DNA of 64,000 nt from Octopus sinensis (GCF_006345805.1 NC_043025.1:9052001-9116000); one strand, 5' to 3'. Counted from the first letter of the stretch, positions 26,276 to 39,966 are shown. Numbers and translations are program-made. Notes: generated by a model not told the origin, from the sequence alone.

Positions 26276-28790
26276 TTCTTTTAATCACAGGTTTTGTTGG
26301 AACTCTCGGAGTCTTGCATGCATAGCGGGCTTTCTATCTGCAGCCTAGGCTACTATGCTATCCGTTCTTTTCAGCAAATACTTGTCTGATTAATCTGGCT
26401 GTGCCAAGGAGGCAAACCTTTTGTAACAGTTCTGCTAGGCACTCTGTTACAATTTCCTCTATATTCCACTTGATTCCTTCTGATACTGTTCCCAAGGACC
26501 TGGCAACAATTGGCACTATCTTCACCTTCTTCATTTACTATAGCCGGGCTATTTCGTACTTAAGAGGATTGTATTTATCTATTTTATCAGAAGGTACTGC
26601 ACCGTCTATCAGTAAGCAAGTGTTTTCCCCAATCCTTGATTATCATGTCTGGGTGATTAGCTGTTATTTCTTTGCTGGTTTGAACCGGCCTATTCCAGAT
26701 GATTGTGGCCTGATCGTTGTCTTGTAGCTTGTTTGGCATATGCTTATACCACCTATTGTCAGTTTTAATGTAATTTTGGCATATTGTCTAATGGATATAA
26801 CTGCTTACCTTATTGTGTCTGTATATCTATTCAGACTTGGCAAAGACTGGGCAGCACGTAATGATGTGGTCAACTGTTTTATTGTCTTGGTTGCACATTG
26901 TGCATTTGGTGTTGGGGCCTATTTTCCTTATTTTGTTTTTATAATTGTTTGTAGTGAGAGATTGGTCTTGTGCAGCGGGAATCAATCCTTCCGTATCAGC
27001 TTTTAGACCTGAGCTTTTGAGCCATTTTTGACTTTTACTGAGGCTCACTTCTTCTTGGTCAAGGCTTGCAGGATATTGGAAATGGAGTGATTTTTCCCTT
27101 TATTTCTTCTTCAGTATCTTTTGTAATTCTATTTTCATAGGTTTCTTTTTTATCTCTTTGAATATTTCCGCCATACTATCATCTGAAATCAATGTATCAG
27201 TGAACGTTGCTTCTGTTTCATTCTCGTGTTGCTTAACTACATGCAATAGTCTCCCACACTTTGTTTCTAAGAACTTCCTTAGTCCAACAGTTGTTATTTT
27301 ATTGTAATGTTTCTATCTGTATCAGGTCACAATCTCCTTCTAAGTGGGATGAATATATTCTGCTTGCGTCTGCTTTGGTGTGATGACTTCGGTGCACTGT
27401 TAGTAGTCTTCTTAATTTTCTATCTAGGTTTCTCAATTTACTGATCTTCCTGTTTATTATGTTAAAGCTATAATTTGTGACTGGTATGACTAGCGTGTTT
27501 ATCCCTATTATCTTATTTTTTTAGCATTAAGTTCAGTGTTTAATATTAGTTTAACTCTTCTGTAATACTCTCTCCTAAGTTTCTTTCATTTCTCTGTGTT
27601 GTATTTTAGCTGTTTCGTATATTCCCAGATATTTGAATAAGCGATCTTGGTCTAATTCTTTAATTTCTGTGTCTATGTTGAGTGCAGAGTTTTCAGTACT
27701 GATTAATTTGCCTCTCTCGTTGTGAATCTGGCACATTTGTCCAGCCGCATGCTCATTTTTATGTCCTTACTGAAACTATGGACAATTTTGGTAAGGTTTC
27801 TCTGTTCCATAGTACTTTTAGAGAAAAGTTTTGGTCACCCATGTACAGGAGATGTTTTATTTTTTGTCCATAGCATAGTGGGTTTGCTTAACAAGTCTGT
27901 TAGCGGGGGCGGAGAAAGGCAGAACTGCAGGGGTCTGACAGTGAGTCTCCCTGAAAAATCCCTCTTCTCACGGGGTAGGGTACGTTTTCCGATTTGCCAT
28001 TGCATGTTTAAAATATTTTGGTAGTGGTGAGGCTATCTTATTCGTGTGGAGAAATTCCTGTATACATGAGTGTGGAAAGCTGTCGAATGCTTTCTAGTAA
28101 TCAATCCAAGTCATGTTCAAGTTTGTCTTTCTCCTCTTACAGTCCTCTGTAATGGCTCGGTTTACCAGAGGTTGCTCCTTACAGCCATGCATTCCTATCC
28201 CATACCCTTTTTTTTTACTTCTGGTAAAACATTGTAGTTTTCCAGATGCTTTATAAGCCGGTTATGGATTACTGATGCTAGGGTTTTGTTTGATGTTGAT
28301 AGGTATATTATTGGTCTGTAATTTTGTGGAAGTACGGTATCTTTATTTTTCCAGCATTCAGTTTGATGTTGATTCTGGCTCATCAATAAATTGAATGCTG
28401 TTGCTGCGTGGTTATGGGTACTGATGAGGTGTTTCAACTAGAAGTTGGGAATCTTCTTTATTCCTGAACTTTTCCAGTTGCTGGTACTCCTCAGTTGTCC
28501 GTGATCTCTTGACCTGTGATTGTGGGACATATCTGTAGTTCTATTGTGTTCTTCCTACCCGTTTCCCTATTAATCCACTAAGTATTTTTGTTGTATTGTT
28601 TTGGTTTGTTCCATATTGCTTCCCAGTATAACTGAATCACTGATGTTGTTGGCATGATGTCTATTGATATAGTCTTCTTTGTTTAACTCTCTGTAAAAAC
28701 TTTTTGTGTTTATTCTGAATTCTCTATTTTGTTGGAAGAAGCGTTCCCGTTTTTCCTACCATTTTACGCGGCAAGTTTTTGCTGCTATGC
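26276..28790 (-). mobile_element. Older R4/Dong-clade element, different family
   Basis: PQNYRPI; TEGLIPAAQDQSLTTNNY; CTMC...TVDHIITCCP. Confidence 0.85.
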
Positions 28791-29467
28791 CCTGTTTAAT
28801 TTTTCTTTTACCTCTCAGGTAACTTCATTATTTACCCCCTACCCTAAATTGCCGGCCTTGTGCCAAAATTTAAAACCATTATTGCTGTTGTTGTTTGAAA
28901 AACTGAAAAGATTTAAATTGATATTTCGAAAAATGTATATAAATTCCCCCTTGTTAAATAAGCACATTACTATACATGTCTGTGCCGCAGAAACTTAACG
29001 AAGTACAACACTATAATTTTTCAGTTTCTGCACTGGTCAACCTCTGACTTAAAAAAATATTTGCCGCACAGAATAAACACAACCTTCTTAGCACCAAAAC
29101 CTCCCATCTAAATGAGTTTTTCTCAGAGAGAGCGGCACAAAGTCGGTACTACCAAATTTCCGTCCCCAAAATGTCCCTAAAACACAATAAAATGGAATCG
29201 TTTTAAGTGAATAGAAATCTTATTTAAAGATACTTTATTATTCAATATGTAAGCTAAAAATTAATAGAAGCTTAATATATTTTCACTTTCCACTAGAAAC
29301 CATTTCAAATTATTGATGTTATTAACAATTTGGGAGCAAAAAACCATGAATGTCATAACTTTTATACACCTGTTCGAATTTTCTAATCTTTGCTTCTTGT
29401 CAAATCTAACAGGAATTTCTCTGTTCGTCTGAAGCGCATTCAGTTAGAGTTCTCTTTATAATTACAG

Positions 29468-29625
29468 TAACCTCGAAAACAATAAGAATATGATGTGTGG
29501 ATGTCACCTACCAGCCTTCGTAAATCATATTAAAAAAGTCTATAACAGAAGTGTGACTGTCATTGGCTCGTGTCAGGAGGCTACAGGCGCAACAATCCCT
29601 ATACTGAATTATGCACAATGTAACG
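29468..29625 (+). CDS. aGPCR LRR C-terminal cap exon
   Basis: ttacag|...|gttagg, phase 2/1; NLENNKNMMCGCHLPAFVNHIKKVYNRSVTVIGSCQEATGATIPILNYAQCN (CxCxL, 4 Cys). Confidence 0.88.
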
Positions 29626-29854
29626 GTTAGGAAAACTTTCCTTGCTTGTTTTTCTTTTATTATTAAAACGAACAAAAATCCGGGTTATTCTCTGGAGCTT
29701 ACAATATCATGTCTTATGAAAGGGAAACTATAGACAAAGATATGAGAAATAAACGTTTTACCATTCGCACGCTTTTCATTCACATTTTCTCTCTAATGCA
29801 CTTACAGATTCAACGATATCACACAAACCGTCATCGGCACACAAACACACGCAG

Positions 29855-29891
<37 letters not shown>

Positions 29892-30529
29892 ACAGAGACA
29901 CGACAGCGCACACATGCATGAATGTGTGCGCACATACACACACACACGTGCACACAGACACTCTTTCTAACTCCCTTCCTCTCTCATATACATTCTCACT
30001 CACAACTATGTAAGTATAGAACGGAAACATTCAAATAGTCATTGAGGAGGTCATGGATGGCAACAAAAGGTTTCTAACAATCATAACTGTTTGATTGATT
30101 AGCCGAACGTTTCATCGAACATTCGTTTTGTTAATTTTTTAACACATTTTTAACAAAGGGACGGATAATAAAGTGAAATAGAACCAGTGCGTGGATTTAT
30201 TCTTTTCTACTCTACGCACAAGGCCCGAAATTTTGGGGGAGGGGGAGGTCAGTCGATTAGATTGACCCCAGTTCGCAACTGGTACTTAATTTATCGACCC
30301 CGAAAGTATGAAAGGCAAAGTTGACTTGAAGTTGAACTCAGAACGTAAAGACAGACGGAATACATATTTCTTTACTACCCACAAGGGGCTTAACACAGAG
30401 AGGACAAACAAGGACAGACAAACGGATTAAGTCGATTATATCGATCCCAGTGCGTAACTGGTACTTATTTAATCGACCCCGAAAGGATGAAAGGCAAAGT
30501 CGACCTCGGCGGAACGTGCTATCCTTAGT

Positions 30530-30960
30530 TTGGTTTTCGTGTCGATCCTCACCTATTGTCATAAATGTTGGCTAACGACCGAAAGGGTTTGATCGCAAAG
30601 AGAAGCGGCTGAAATGAGATTTCTCCGAAGAATCTCTGGAGTAATTTTACTCGACCCAGTCTCTCCAGATCGAGTCAGGTTATACGGACATGCGATTAGA
30701 ATGTCACACGAGAAAATCGCAAGACCAATTCTTCAACCCATGCAAATTGACAGGAAATCTAGGGGTTGACCAAGAACAGATGGCTAGATAATAGTTTCAG
30801 TTGATCACATTTGGGAGTCCAGCCAGAAAGTGTATTGACAGTAGCTTCTGATAGGACATATGCTGGAGGTACCTGAGGCCTCTACCACTAAAACTGGCAG
30901 GATATGTAGGGGTATACCAAGATCAACATGGCTAGATAACACCCACAGTCTCAGCTGCTC
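30530..30960 (+). mobile_element. RTE-like LINE 3' fragment
   Basis: AAEMRFLRRISG; YGHAIRM; RGxPRxxWLD. Confidence 0.65.
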
Positions 30961-31656
30961 ACGCTGAATGTGTATGAGTCTATGTACCAGTGTGTACGTG
31001 TCAAAGATAGAATATCCAATGAGAAAGACGTGGGGAGGTGTAATAAAGTGTGAAGAGACTAACTGTGCTGGCGAAGTGAGATATGTATGTAGAAACTGTG
31101 AGCTAGCATGTGAAGTGTGTATAAAGTGTAAATATGGGAGCAGGGACAAATAATGTGTGGCTGTGGATTGGTGGGTGTGGTGCAGCAGGAAAAAGAAAAA
31201 GAAAACGAAGCAGAGAAGTAAAGCATATATTTGTACAGGTGGGGAGTTGAAATGTAGATGAAAAATGTGAGGGGGGAATTTAAATCAAAAGGCGGACAAG
31301 TTTTCAGAAAGATATACTCTTCTTCCCTAAAGAAATGAGAGATGGGTAATCGGGTGTTGAAGGTTTAAATCGAAAACCGAGAGGCGTTACGCAGAGTGGT
31401 CGGTGAAGTGGAAATATTGAGTGAGTGTCGACTCGTTGCTAAGTTGGATCACTAAGTTGTTCTATGATGCTCTAAGATGTTGTTGATCCAATTGTCCACT
31501 ATACAGATAGTTTAACCGATGCAGATCGGAAAGTTTGGTGTGCATATATAAGGTTGGTAAAAGTCTTCAATGTAGAAGATGTATATAAATATATATATAT
31601 AGAGAGAGAGAAAGAGAGAGAGACAGGCAGACAGAGACATGAACATATGCACACAC

Positions 31657-31689
<33 letters not shown>

Positions 31690-31713
31690 TGTATGTGTAT
31701 GTATATATGTAGG

Positions 31714-31748
<35 letters not shown>

Positions 31749-31950
31749 ATGTATATATGTAGGTATATATATATATATATATTATATATATGTATGTGTA
31801 TGTATATAGTAGTATATACGCTATATATATATATTTAATATATTATATATATTATATATATATATATTATATATATATACGTATATTATATGTATATATA
31901 TGTGCATATATATATATATGTATATATATATGTATATATATTATTTTATA

Positions 31951-31984
<34 letters not shown>

Positions 31985-32705
31985 AATTAATAATATATAT
32001 ATGTATATACATATATTTATATGTATATATATATGCATAATATATGTGTGTGTATATATATATATGTATATATATATATATTATATATATTATAATAATT
32101 TACATATATATATATATAATGGAACAAAAACGCAATAGAGGACATTAAAACATTCGGACACATAGACGACACAAAGGCTGACAAGAGAAACAACAATTAG
32201 GCGGACATGCAGAAAAAGGGTTTCTTTCCTCAGTCAAGTTCCAGAAGACACGACCATTTTGGGCAGTTGCACTTGAGACTGTTCGATTTGGTTGCCCCCA
32301 AAAAGTCTCAGCTAAGAGCATTAAACCCTATTGTAAGAAAGATAGCGAATGTGTACGGCAACAAAGACAAAAAAAAAAAAGAAAACGGAGAACATGGTAT
32401 AGAATTGCGAATACAAACAACAAGAAATAACAACGGGTGTCTTTCGACTGAGAACTAATCAAATTGAGCTGGCGTGTATGAAGTGAAAGCCTAAAGCAGG
32501 AACATACGAGATGGACACAAGAAGTGTTGGCGGTCGGCAGTCAGGCCTAGAAAGAAAGATCATGGCTGGCCGAACACCAGTCACATGGAAGGAGGGGAGA
32601 TTGGTAGGGGACAAGATAGGGACAAGAAATGTGAGAGAGGGGAGCGAGAAAATGGAAGAAACATGAGAGGGAGAATAAAAGATAGAGTGTGTTTATATAT
32701 ATATA

Positions 32706-33853
32706 TACGATCATCGATAAAGGTTTTCGCGATTTTAGTTGTCATTATTCAAGCTATAAACCAGCGATCCGTATGAAATCAACGTTCCACTGTATAACAA
32801 CTGTAGGTGTTTTGATATTTGCCACTGCGTTATCCTTCAAATCACTATTTCACTAGCGAGCGTCTGGACAGTCTCTCCACGGCAATCATGGCGACTCTAC
32901 AGCAGAAAGTGCAGTATGTGTTGTGGTACGCTGAGTGTAAGTCAGTTGTTTTAGTGCAACGTCGTTTTCAGCGTACTTACGAACAAGATTCCCCTACAGA
33001 CAAAACCACTGTTCGCTGGTTTAACCAGGTTTAAGAAACTGGAAATGTAAATATTAAGAAATCTCCAGGCCGGCCTCGCACGCTGGAAAAGAGTGTGGAG
33101 CGTTTGAGACTGTCATGTTTGCCTTGTCTTAAGAAGTCCATCAATCGACGCAGTTTGGAGTTTCGTATGTCTAAAACAACAATTCAAAACGCCTAAGACT
33201 GAATGCTTACAGAATTCTAAAGAGACGTAAAATTAAGGAGACTGATTGGCCTGAAAGCGCTAAATTTGCTGTAACGACGGTGAGAGAAATTGATGACGAT
33301 AACAGTTATCTTAACAGAATTTTTATTTAGTGATGAAGCAACATTCCACATAAATGATTGTGTTAAGCGATATAACAGTCAGATGTGGGGAGCTCAACAA
33401 CCCCATGAAGTCTTTCACGTCTGTGATTCGCCCAAGTTTCATGTATGGTGTGGACTCCTGCAGGATCGTGCTCTTGGCCCTTTCATATTCGTAGAAAACA
33501 CGATTACAGGCGCTAGTTACTTGGACATGCTAGAAATTTATCTGTTCCCTCAAATAGCTCAAATTGCAGACATTGAAAGAGAAAAGAGAATAAGTGTAAT
33601 TTTCCAGCAGGACGGAGCACCGGCAAACTACAGCCATAATGTGCGACAAGTTCTCAACAACAGATTCCTGGCCGCTGGATTGGAAGGAATGGTCCTATTC
33701 TGTGGCCACTTAGAATCACTGATCTAACTCCTATGGACTTTTTAGGGGGGGGGGGGATTTCTTAAGAACATTGTCTACGAAGAAAAATTCCTTTAATACA
33801 GACTTAGTTATTTCATTTTGAAAAGCACGGAAACCTTTTTCGATGACCCCACA
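32706..33853 (+). mobile_element. Tc1/mariner-superfamily transposon (rosa/DD41D-like), degenerate
   Basis: TIR remnants catcgataaaggttt / aaacctttttcgatg; SVVLVQRRF, SPGRPR, FSDEATFH, FQQDGAP, DLTPMDF. Confidence 0.88.
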
Positions 33854-33886
33854 TATGTGTGTATATATATGTGTATGTGATATATA

Positions 33887-33921
<35 letters not shown>

Positions 33922-33939
33922 CATTTTTTCTGATGGCCG

Positions 33940-34000
33940 GATAACTGAAGAGATGGCGGCGTGAATTTCCACCCCGACAGCCGAAACTCGGAGTTTTATC
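33940..34000 (+). ncRNA. Compact type I hammerhead ribozyme
   Basis: gataa-CTGAAGA-stem II (tggcggcgtg/caccccgaca)-GAAA-ctcggag-TT-ttatc; 5-bp stem I, all core nucleotides intact, GUU site. Confidence 0.82.
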
Positions 34001-34220
34001 ATGGCTACCGAATAATTGTCACATATTACATTTACAGATATATATATATATATATATATTTCCACACATACACACACATACATGCATGCATGCATACATA
34101 CACACATACATACATACATACATACATACATGCATATATATATACACAAATATATACACACACACACCTACATGCATACATACATACATACATACATACA
34201 TACATACATACATACATACA

Positions 34221-34256
<36 letters not shown>

Positions 34257-34751
34257 TATAACCTGCATATATTTGGAATACCACCATATCAGTGATAAAG
34301 TTTCCTATTTATTCAAATATTGTTTTGCTCAGTTCACATATAGCATTTTTCACATACTATATAACATTGTAACATAATGTAAATGACATTCCCGGGTTTT
34401 ATAAGGGAGTTCCCACTGCAACATCAGTTACCACTTTCGAATTTCATCCCTTTATTTGACTTGTTCCACAATTTTCACGTTTTTGTGAGATCAGAATGCT
34501 AAAAGAGAAGGGCAACAGGTAGATTCCATGCTTTTCTCAGTTGAATTTGTGACATAATTTAAACATTTCCATATGAATATAAAAATAGGTTTATAGTCTT
34601 TGTTAATAATTTGGTTTATATAGCGAACATGTATTGATTCCAACTCTAATACATATACATTTCTTTACATCAGAAAGCAAATATTTCTTGTTGTTGCTAT
34701 GCATTGCACTATTTGGTTCGTAAAATATGGATATTTACTTATATTCTGTAG

Positions 34752-34843
34752 ATTACTCGTTATTTCAAAGGAATTTGCAGTGTCAAACATGTTCAAAGAT
34801 GACGTGCAATGAGTCATCTGTAACCAGTTGTCCAGGAGCAGAG
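34752..34843 (+). CDS. aGPCR exon, N-half of Ly6/uPAR domain
   Basis: ctgtag|...|gtaaac, phase 1/0; DYSLFQRNLQCQTCSKMTCNESSVTSCPGAE. Confidence 0.87.
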
Positions 34844-36730
34844 GTAAACTAGGATCTTATTTTCTTCCTTTCCGTTAAAATATATCCGTAACTGTCACTC
34901 GCTAATTGTCGTAGGTGCCTGTGAAGACATGAACACCTTATTGATCTTCTTATCCATGACTCAATGGGACAACAAATATCTGAAGATTGAAGGGAGAAAT
35001 AGATGACAAACACTAAGCTGGGATCCATTTTCACTTGAGTAGACTAAAACAAAGTGCAAGGAAACAACATTGAACCCTGCCCAAGAATCGAACACAAGAA
35101 CTTATGATAAACATAGCTGTACTTAGAGTGGGATGTATGAATGTACGTGGCCAGGAGGCAACTTGAGACCAAGGTTCCTTGCAGAATGATCTTGCAGAAT
35201 GATCAGAAGTCGGACGTGGCCAGTTCGCAAAGATTGCAAAGAGCGGATCAATGAATTAGTTAAGGCAGCAAATGAGAGTTATCATTTGTCTGGTCGCTAT
35301 AGCAAAAGAGGCTGTCTGATAGACGAGGTTGAAAGGTACAACAACAGAGAAATATTATATATCTCTACTAATGAAAAATTGAAAGCGTATTAAATCTTCG
35401 CTCACATCAAGTAGTACACAAACACTTCAGAACATAATTTAGTATTATTTCAAGTGGAAAAGACACAAGCAATACGTTTAAAACGCAGCTAAAACACGAG
35501 TGAAATTGCCAGACGTATGTCTGACCACGTAGTTGTACTCCAGTACATTGGTAATGACACAGAACAATGCTTCATCTTAACTGATATACGGGAATATAGG
35601 AGAATAGAAGTTTGATATAAGTGAATGGCTGCATTCTGTCTCTATTTCATTGTCTGTTCTGCTCTGAGACCTTTCTGTTTTCTTGAAACTGACTTAGCTT
35701 ATTTAAAGCTTCATTCGTTTCCAATCACCGACTCCATTGGCTTTTTTGAAGACGCCAGGCTACCGGTATTATGTGCAGTTTCTATTGGTTCATGACATCG
35801 TAACTCAGTTTCATAGATCTGCATTTTTATTTCTGAAAATTCTCCTAGTTTGAAAGACCCGAGTTTCAGGCTCAAATTAAGGCTACATATATTACTAACT
35901 TCGTGCACTACATTCTCTTTGCTTTTATCGTTGTTAGGTGTATGAAATCATTAATTGTATTTTGCAGTGCATTTTCCCCTTTAAATGTTCTCAATTTCTG
36001 ATATTTTTTGTTTTCAGAATGTATTTTATTAAGTTTAGTGAGGTCCGATGATACATTTGGATCTTAGCTATGATCTCTCCACATTGTATACTAATATATC
36101 CTATTTTCAGTTCGTGACCATAAAATATACTTGCAAAATAAAAGCATATTTCTCTTGTGTCTATTTATGCATTTTCTGTTTTATTTGCAAAGCCTGAGGT
36201 GTTCAATCTGATAAATTTATTTAATTATCAGCTTTGGGTACGGGTGTATGATTTGCTGTTGCTGGTGAGTTTTGTACGCATAATGTTTCGTAAATTTTGT
36301 ATCAAAAAAATCCCCGTGTGCATTCCCGATGCAGAGGAAACTTTGGCGGAATGATACATAATTATTGGGATTATTTGACCTATCTTATGTTTTATGGTGG
36401 GTGGCAGAGTGAAGTGGTTTTGATTTGAACCGTGATTCGATGGCCATATCTACCTGTGATCAGAGAACTTTGAATACTGTAAGTATTCAAAACATTATTT
36501 ATTATAAGTCGTAAATAACCATACACTTTACAGAGAATTACTTATGTTGTCAATTTTCAATTCTTGAAAAGTTGTTTTCGTTTCATTTCTTGCTTTATGC
36601 TATTTTTAAAGCAATGATTAAACCTTGTTGCATGATAGACATTTCCAGAGTTGTTGTTGCTGTAGTTAGCAGTAGTCATAGTAGTAAATATTGTGGTTGT
36701 AGTACATCATTTTTATATCTATTATTACAG

Positions 36731-36914
36731 CCAGTATGCCGATTTGAAATGTCAATGAACGGTGTTACAATGAAGATTGAAAGGTCCTGCAGCACATACA
36801 GAAAATTTGTTGAAGCTATGAGAAACAATACCCTTACATGCAATAAATGGACCAATGGCACTTCTTGTGTTGGTTGTTGCGTCGGAAACTTATGTAACAA
36901 GAATGATTTCCTTG
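36731..36914 (+). CDS. aGPCR exon, C-half of Ly6/uPAR domain
   Basis: ttacag|...|gtaagt, phase 0/1; PVCRFEMSMNGVTMKIERSCSTYRKFVEAMRNNTLTCNKWTNGTSCVGCCVGNLCNKNDFL with terminal CCxxNLCN. Confidence 0.92.
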
Positions 36915-37096
36915 GTAAGTCTTATTTATTGCCTAAGATAACTAAACCTGATTTATTACAGATTAATAGTTAATAAGAACATAGTATGATAGTTATATGG
37001 GAAGATATTTTGTTGTATGTATATGTGTTTGCATGTGTGTATATATGTGTATACACATGCGACCGTGCATACATACATATGTGTGTGTATGTATGT

Positions 37097-37165
<69 letters not shown>

Positions 37166-37279
37166 GAACGACGAGAATGAGTGCTCAACACCCCATTGGG
37201 GGTTAGAATTCTTTATTTGCGTATTAAAACTACCATTAGTTTCATGTTAAGGACAATATCTTATTATTTTAACAAATTT

Positions 37280-39017
37280 TCAAGTTGATCACATGGAGGA
37301 ATAGTGTCAACACAACCTCTCGTGAATTCAAGGAAATCTCGTAAAGAAAATAATAAATCAAGGTGTGCTACTCTTGGGTGGCACATTTGAGTGGTTATCT
37401 CACTTTGGAGGAAAACAGTCATGCTGGAGGTTAAATTTGTTTACATTATATTGTATTCTAGGTAAATGTGATGTTAGTATGTTGTGTGTGCTGAGGTAGT
37501 TCGTCATATGGACATGTTTCTTGTAGCTGCGGGTTTTTGTGTGGTATTTATTCAATTTTCATGTTCAGAAAAGAAACTATCTTGTTGGCTTAGCGGCGGG
37601 GTGGTGGTTCCTCTTTGAAGTGTCTAAGTGTGAGATATTGCTTGTGTATGTAGAGAGAAAAGGTTTTGTCCCCAATATTTAGGATGTAGTCTATTGATTG
37701 TATGATATTTAGTATTTTAGTGTTTTCTATATTTTCTGACTTTAGCAATGATGTTCTATCTTATCTGGGGACTACTTATTCTTCTTTCTTACAATGTCCA
37801 TATCAAATTGGAAAAGAATGCTGCATGTCTTTTATTTTTGTCCCTAAATGAGGCCAAGTGTTGAGTGTATCTTTCCTTCAACCAATTGCCCGTCACTCCA
37901 ATATGCGTCTTTGTTACTTCATTGGGATCCATGATTTTGGTCTTGTATATTTTGTTTTTTTCCTGACAGTTGTTTCTTAAAGGACAGCGATCTGGAGATC
38001 TACCATTACATTGTCTTTCGGGAATATTTCTGGCGTGTTTATTTTTATTGTGGTGGAGTATTATTGACCCTATATTAGAGAAGCAACTATAGCTGACTTT
38101 AACAATTTTTCTTTTGAAGGTCTTGTGGTAGTTGTGTGAATACAAGAATGGATTGTCTATTAATTTGAAGAATTTCATAACACTGTATGAAGAATTTCAT
38201 AACTCTGCTATAAGGGGGATTAGATCCTAAGAGATTCCTCTGTCTGCGCCTTCATGGTCTATGTATATTTGGTTCAATGTAGTTTATGTTATTCTTGAAT
38301 TTGGACCTTTCTAATGCAGCATTATAGTGGTGGGGTGGCTGTTTCAGTATGGGAAACTAAACTTGTGGTCTTTCAAAAGTATCTTTATCGGAGAATAAAT
38401 TGGAGACGCGCCTGCTAATGTTGTTAACTAGTTGTTTAATGACTACTGGAGGGTGGCTGAAGCCGATGTCAAATGAGATTTACCACTCGTAGAGTTTTAC
38501 CCTTCGATCTCCTAAAGCGTTCGTCAAAAGACACTTGAATATAGTAAGGCATATGTTATCATAACAAATACTGATGTAGATATAATTATGAACGTAAGGA
38601 AGTTATTACTTTTTCATAATAATTCCTATTGGGTAAAAAAAAGAATAAGGACGATCTATTTGAAATGGCAATATGGAGCTCTAATGGCTGAGCTTTTAGG
38701 CCTCTATATCCTAAATATCCTTGGAAAAGAGATAAAAGAAGCCAACATAGGTTTATATAGGTTTATGGCCTGGAAGTGGTAGGCAATAAAAACGGACACA
38801 ATATGGATAGGATAAGGAAAACCTTATGCAAAATATTACGCCAATTTTAAGAACCACAGTTAGTACCGACCTTAAAGAAGTCAACTTCCTAGTTATAACA
38901 TGAACCTTAATACAACCAAATTTAAACCTACCACAAACCAAATGAGGAAGCTTCGTATATCGACATAGACTCCAACCATCAACCAGCAGCCATTGAACAA
39001 CTAGTTAACAACATTTA
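37280..39017 (-). mobile_element. Old Penelope-like element with inverted 5' RT segment
   Basis: Minus strand: KVSYSC, CPLRNNC, IYK..HIG..KERY GIY-YIG. Plus strand 38475-39017: EFYPSI, AELLGLYIL, GLYR RT motifs. Confidence 0.85.
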
Positions 39018-39251
39018 TCAGCCGATAAAAATACTTTTGATTAACTCCAATTTCAGTTTCTCTCGTTAATTATACACCCCCCACACACATATATGTATGT
39101 ATATGTATGTATGTGTATATGTATGTATGTATTTTTGAGTGTATATGTGATTATGCAGATTGTATATTTATCTACGTATGTGGGTTTGTGCGAATTTTTG
39201 ATGTGTGCCTCATTTATAAAGGCAATGATTATCTTCTTTATCCTTCCATAG

Positions 39252-39334
39252 ACTGGACCAGTTTCTTCGTATTCCATTTGACTTTTAAAAAGTTCAGCGA
39301 ATATAAAATCTCTGCTGAGAACTTATCAAAAGCT
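39252..39334 (+). CDS. aGPCR exon, SEA-like segment 1
   Basis: ccatag|...|gtgagt, phase 1/0; DWTSFFVFHLTFKKFSEYKISAENLSKA. Confidence 0.8.
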
Positions 39335-39605
39335 GTGAGTAGATATTTGCTCTCTCTCTTTTCCTTTCTTTCTCTTTCTTTCTGCACATATAAGCACGCG
39401 CACACGCACACACACACGCCCACATACACACACACACACACACACACTTACAGAAGAAAGGGAAAGCAGCAAACAAATAATGGGTTCAATATCTTTAGTA
39501 AATATTGATTTCGTTAAAACAACAGCTATTTGAAGTTTCGCCTGATCCACTCAAACATAAATATATAAATACATGTTAAATACATGCATACATACATATA
39601 TATTA

Positions 39606-39650
<45 letters not shown>

Positions 39651-39935
39651 ATATATATATGTATATGTATATATATATGTTATATATATATAAAATATAC
39701 TTTTTACTCTTTACCTTTTACTTGTTTCAGTCATTTGACTGCGGCCATGCTGGGGCACCACCTTTAATCGAGCAACTCGAACCCGGGACTTATTCTTTTG
39801 TAAGCCCAGTATTATTCTATCGGTCTCTTTTGCCGAACCGCTAAGTGACGGGGACATAAACACACCAGCATCGGTTGTCAAGCAATGCTAGGGGGACAAA
39901 CACAAACACACACAAACACACCACACACACACACA

Positions 39936-39966
<31 letters not shown>

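Noticed and set aside
30960-31560. Possible decayed GIY-YIG/PLE 3' end (also 32120-32690 and 43620-44210)
   Set aside because: Similarity too faint to support without a profile search
39452-39549. Minus-strand exon-like ORF with a GTAAGT donor
   Set aside because: Rare GAG acceptor, donor formed at the edge of a TG repeat, no recognisable protein or partner exons
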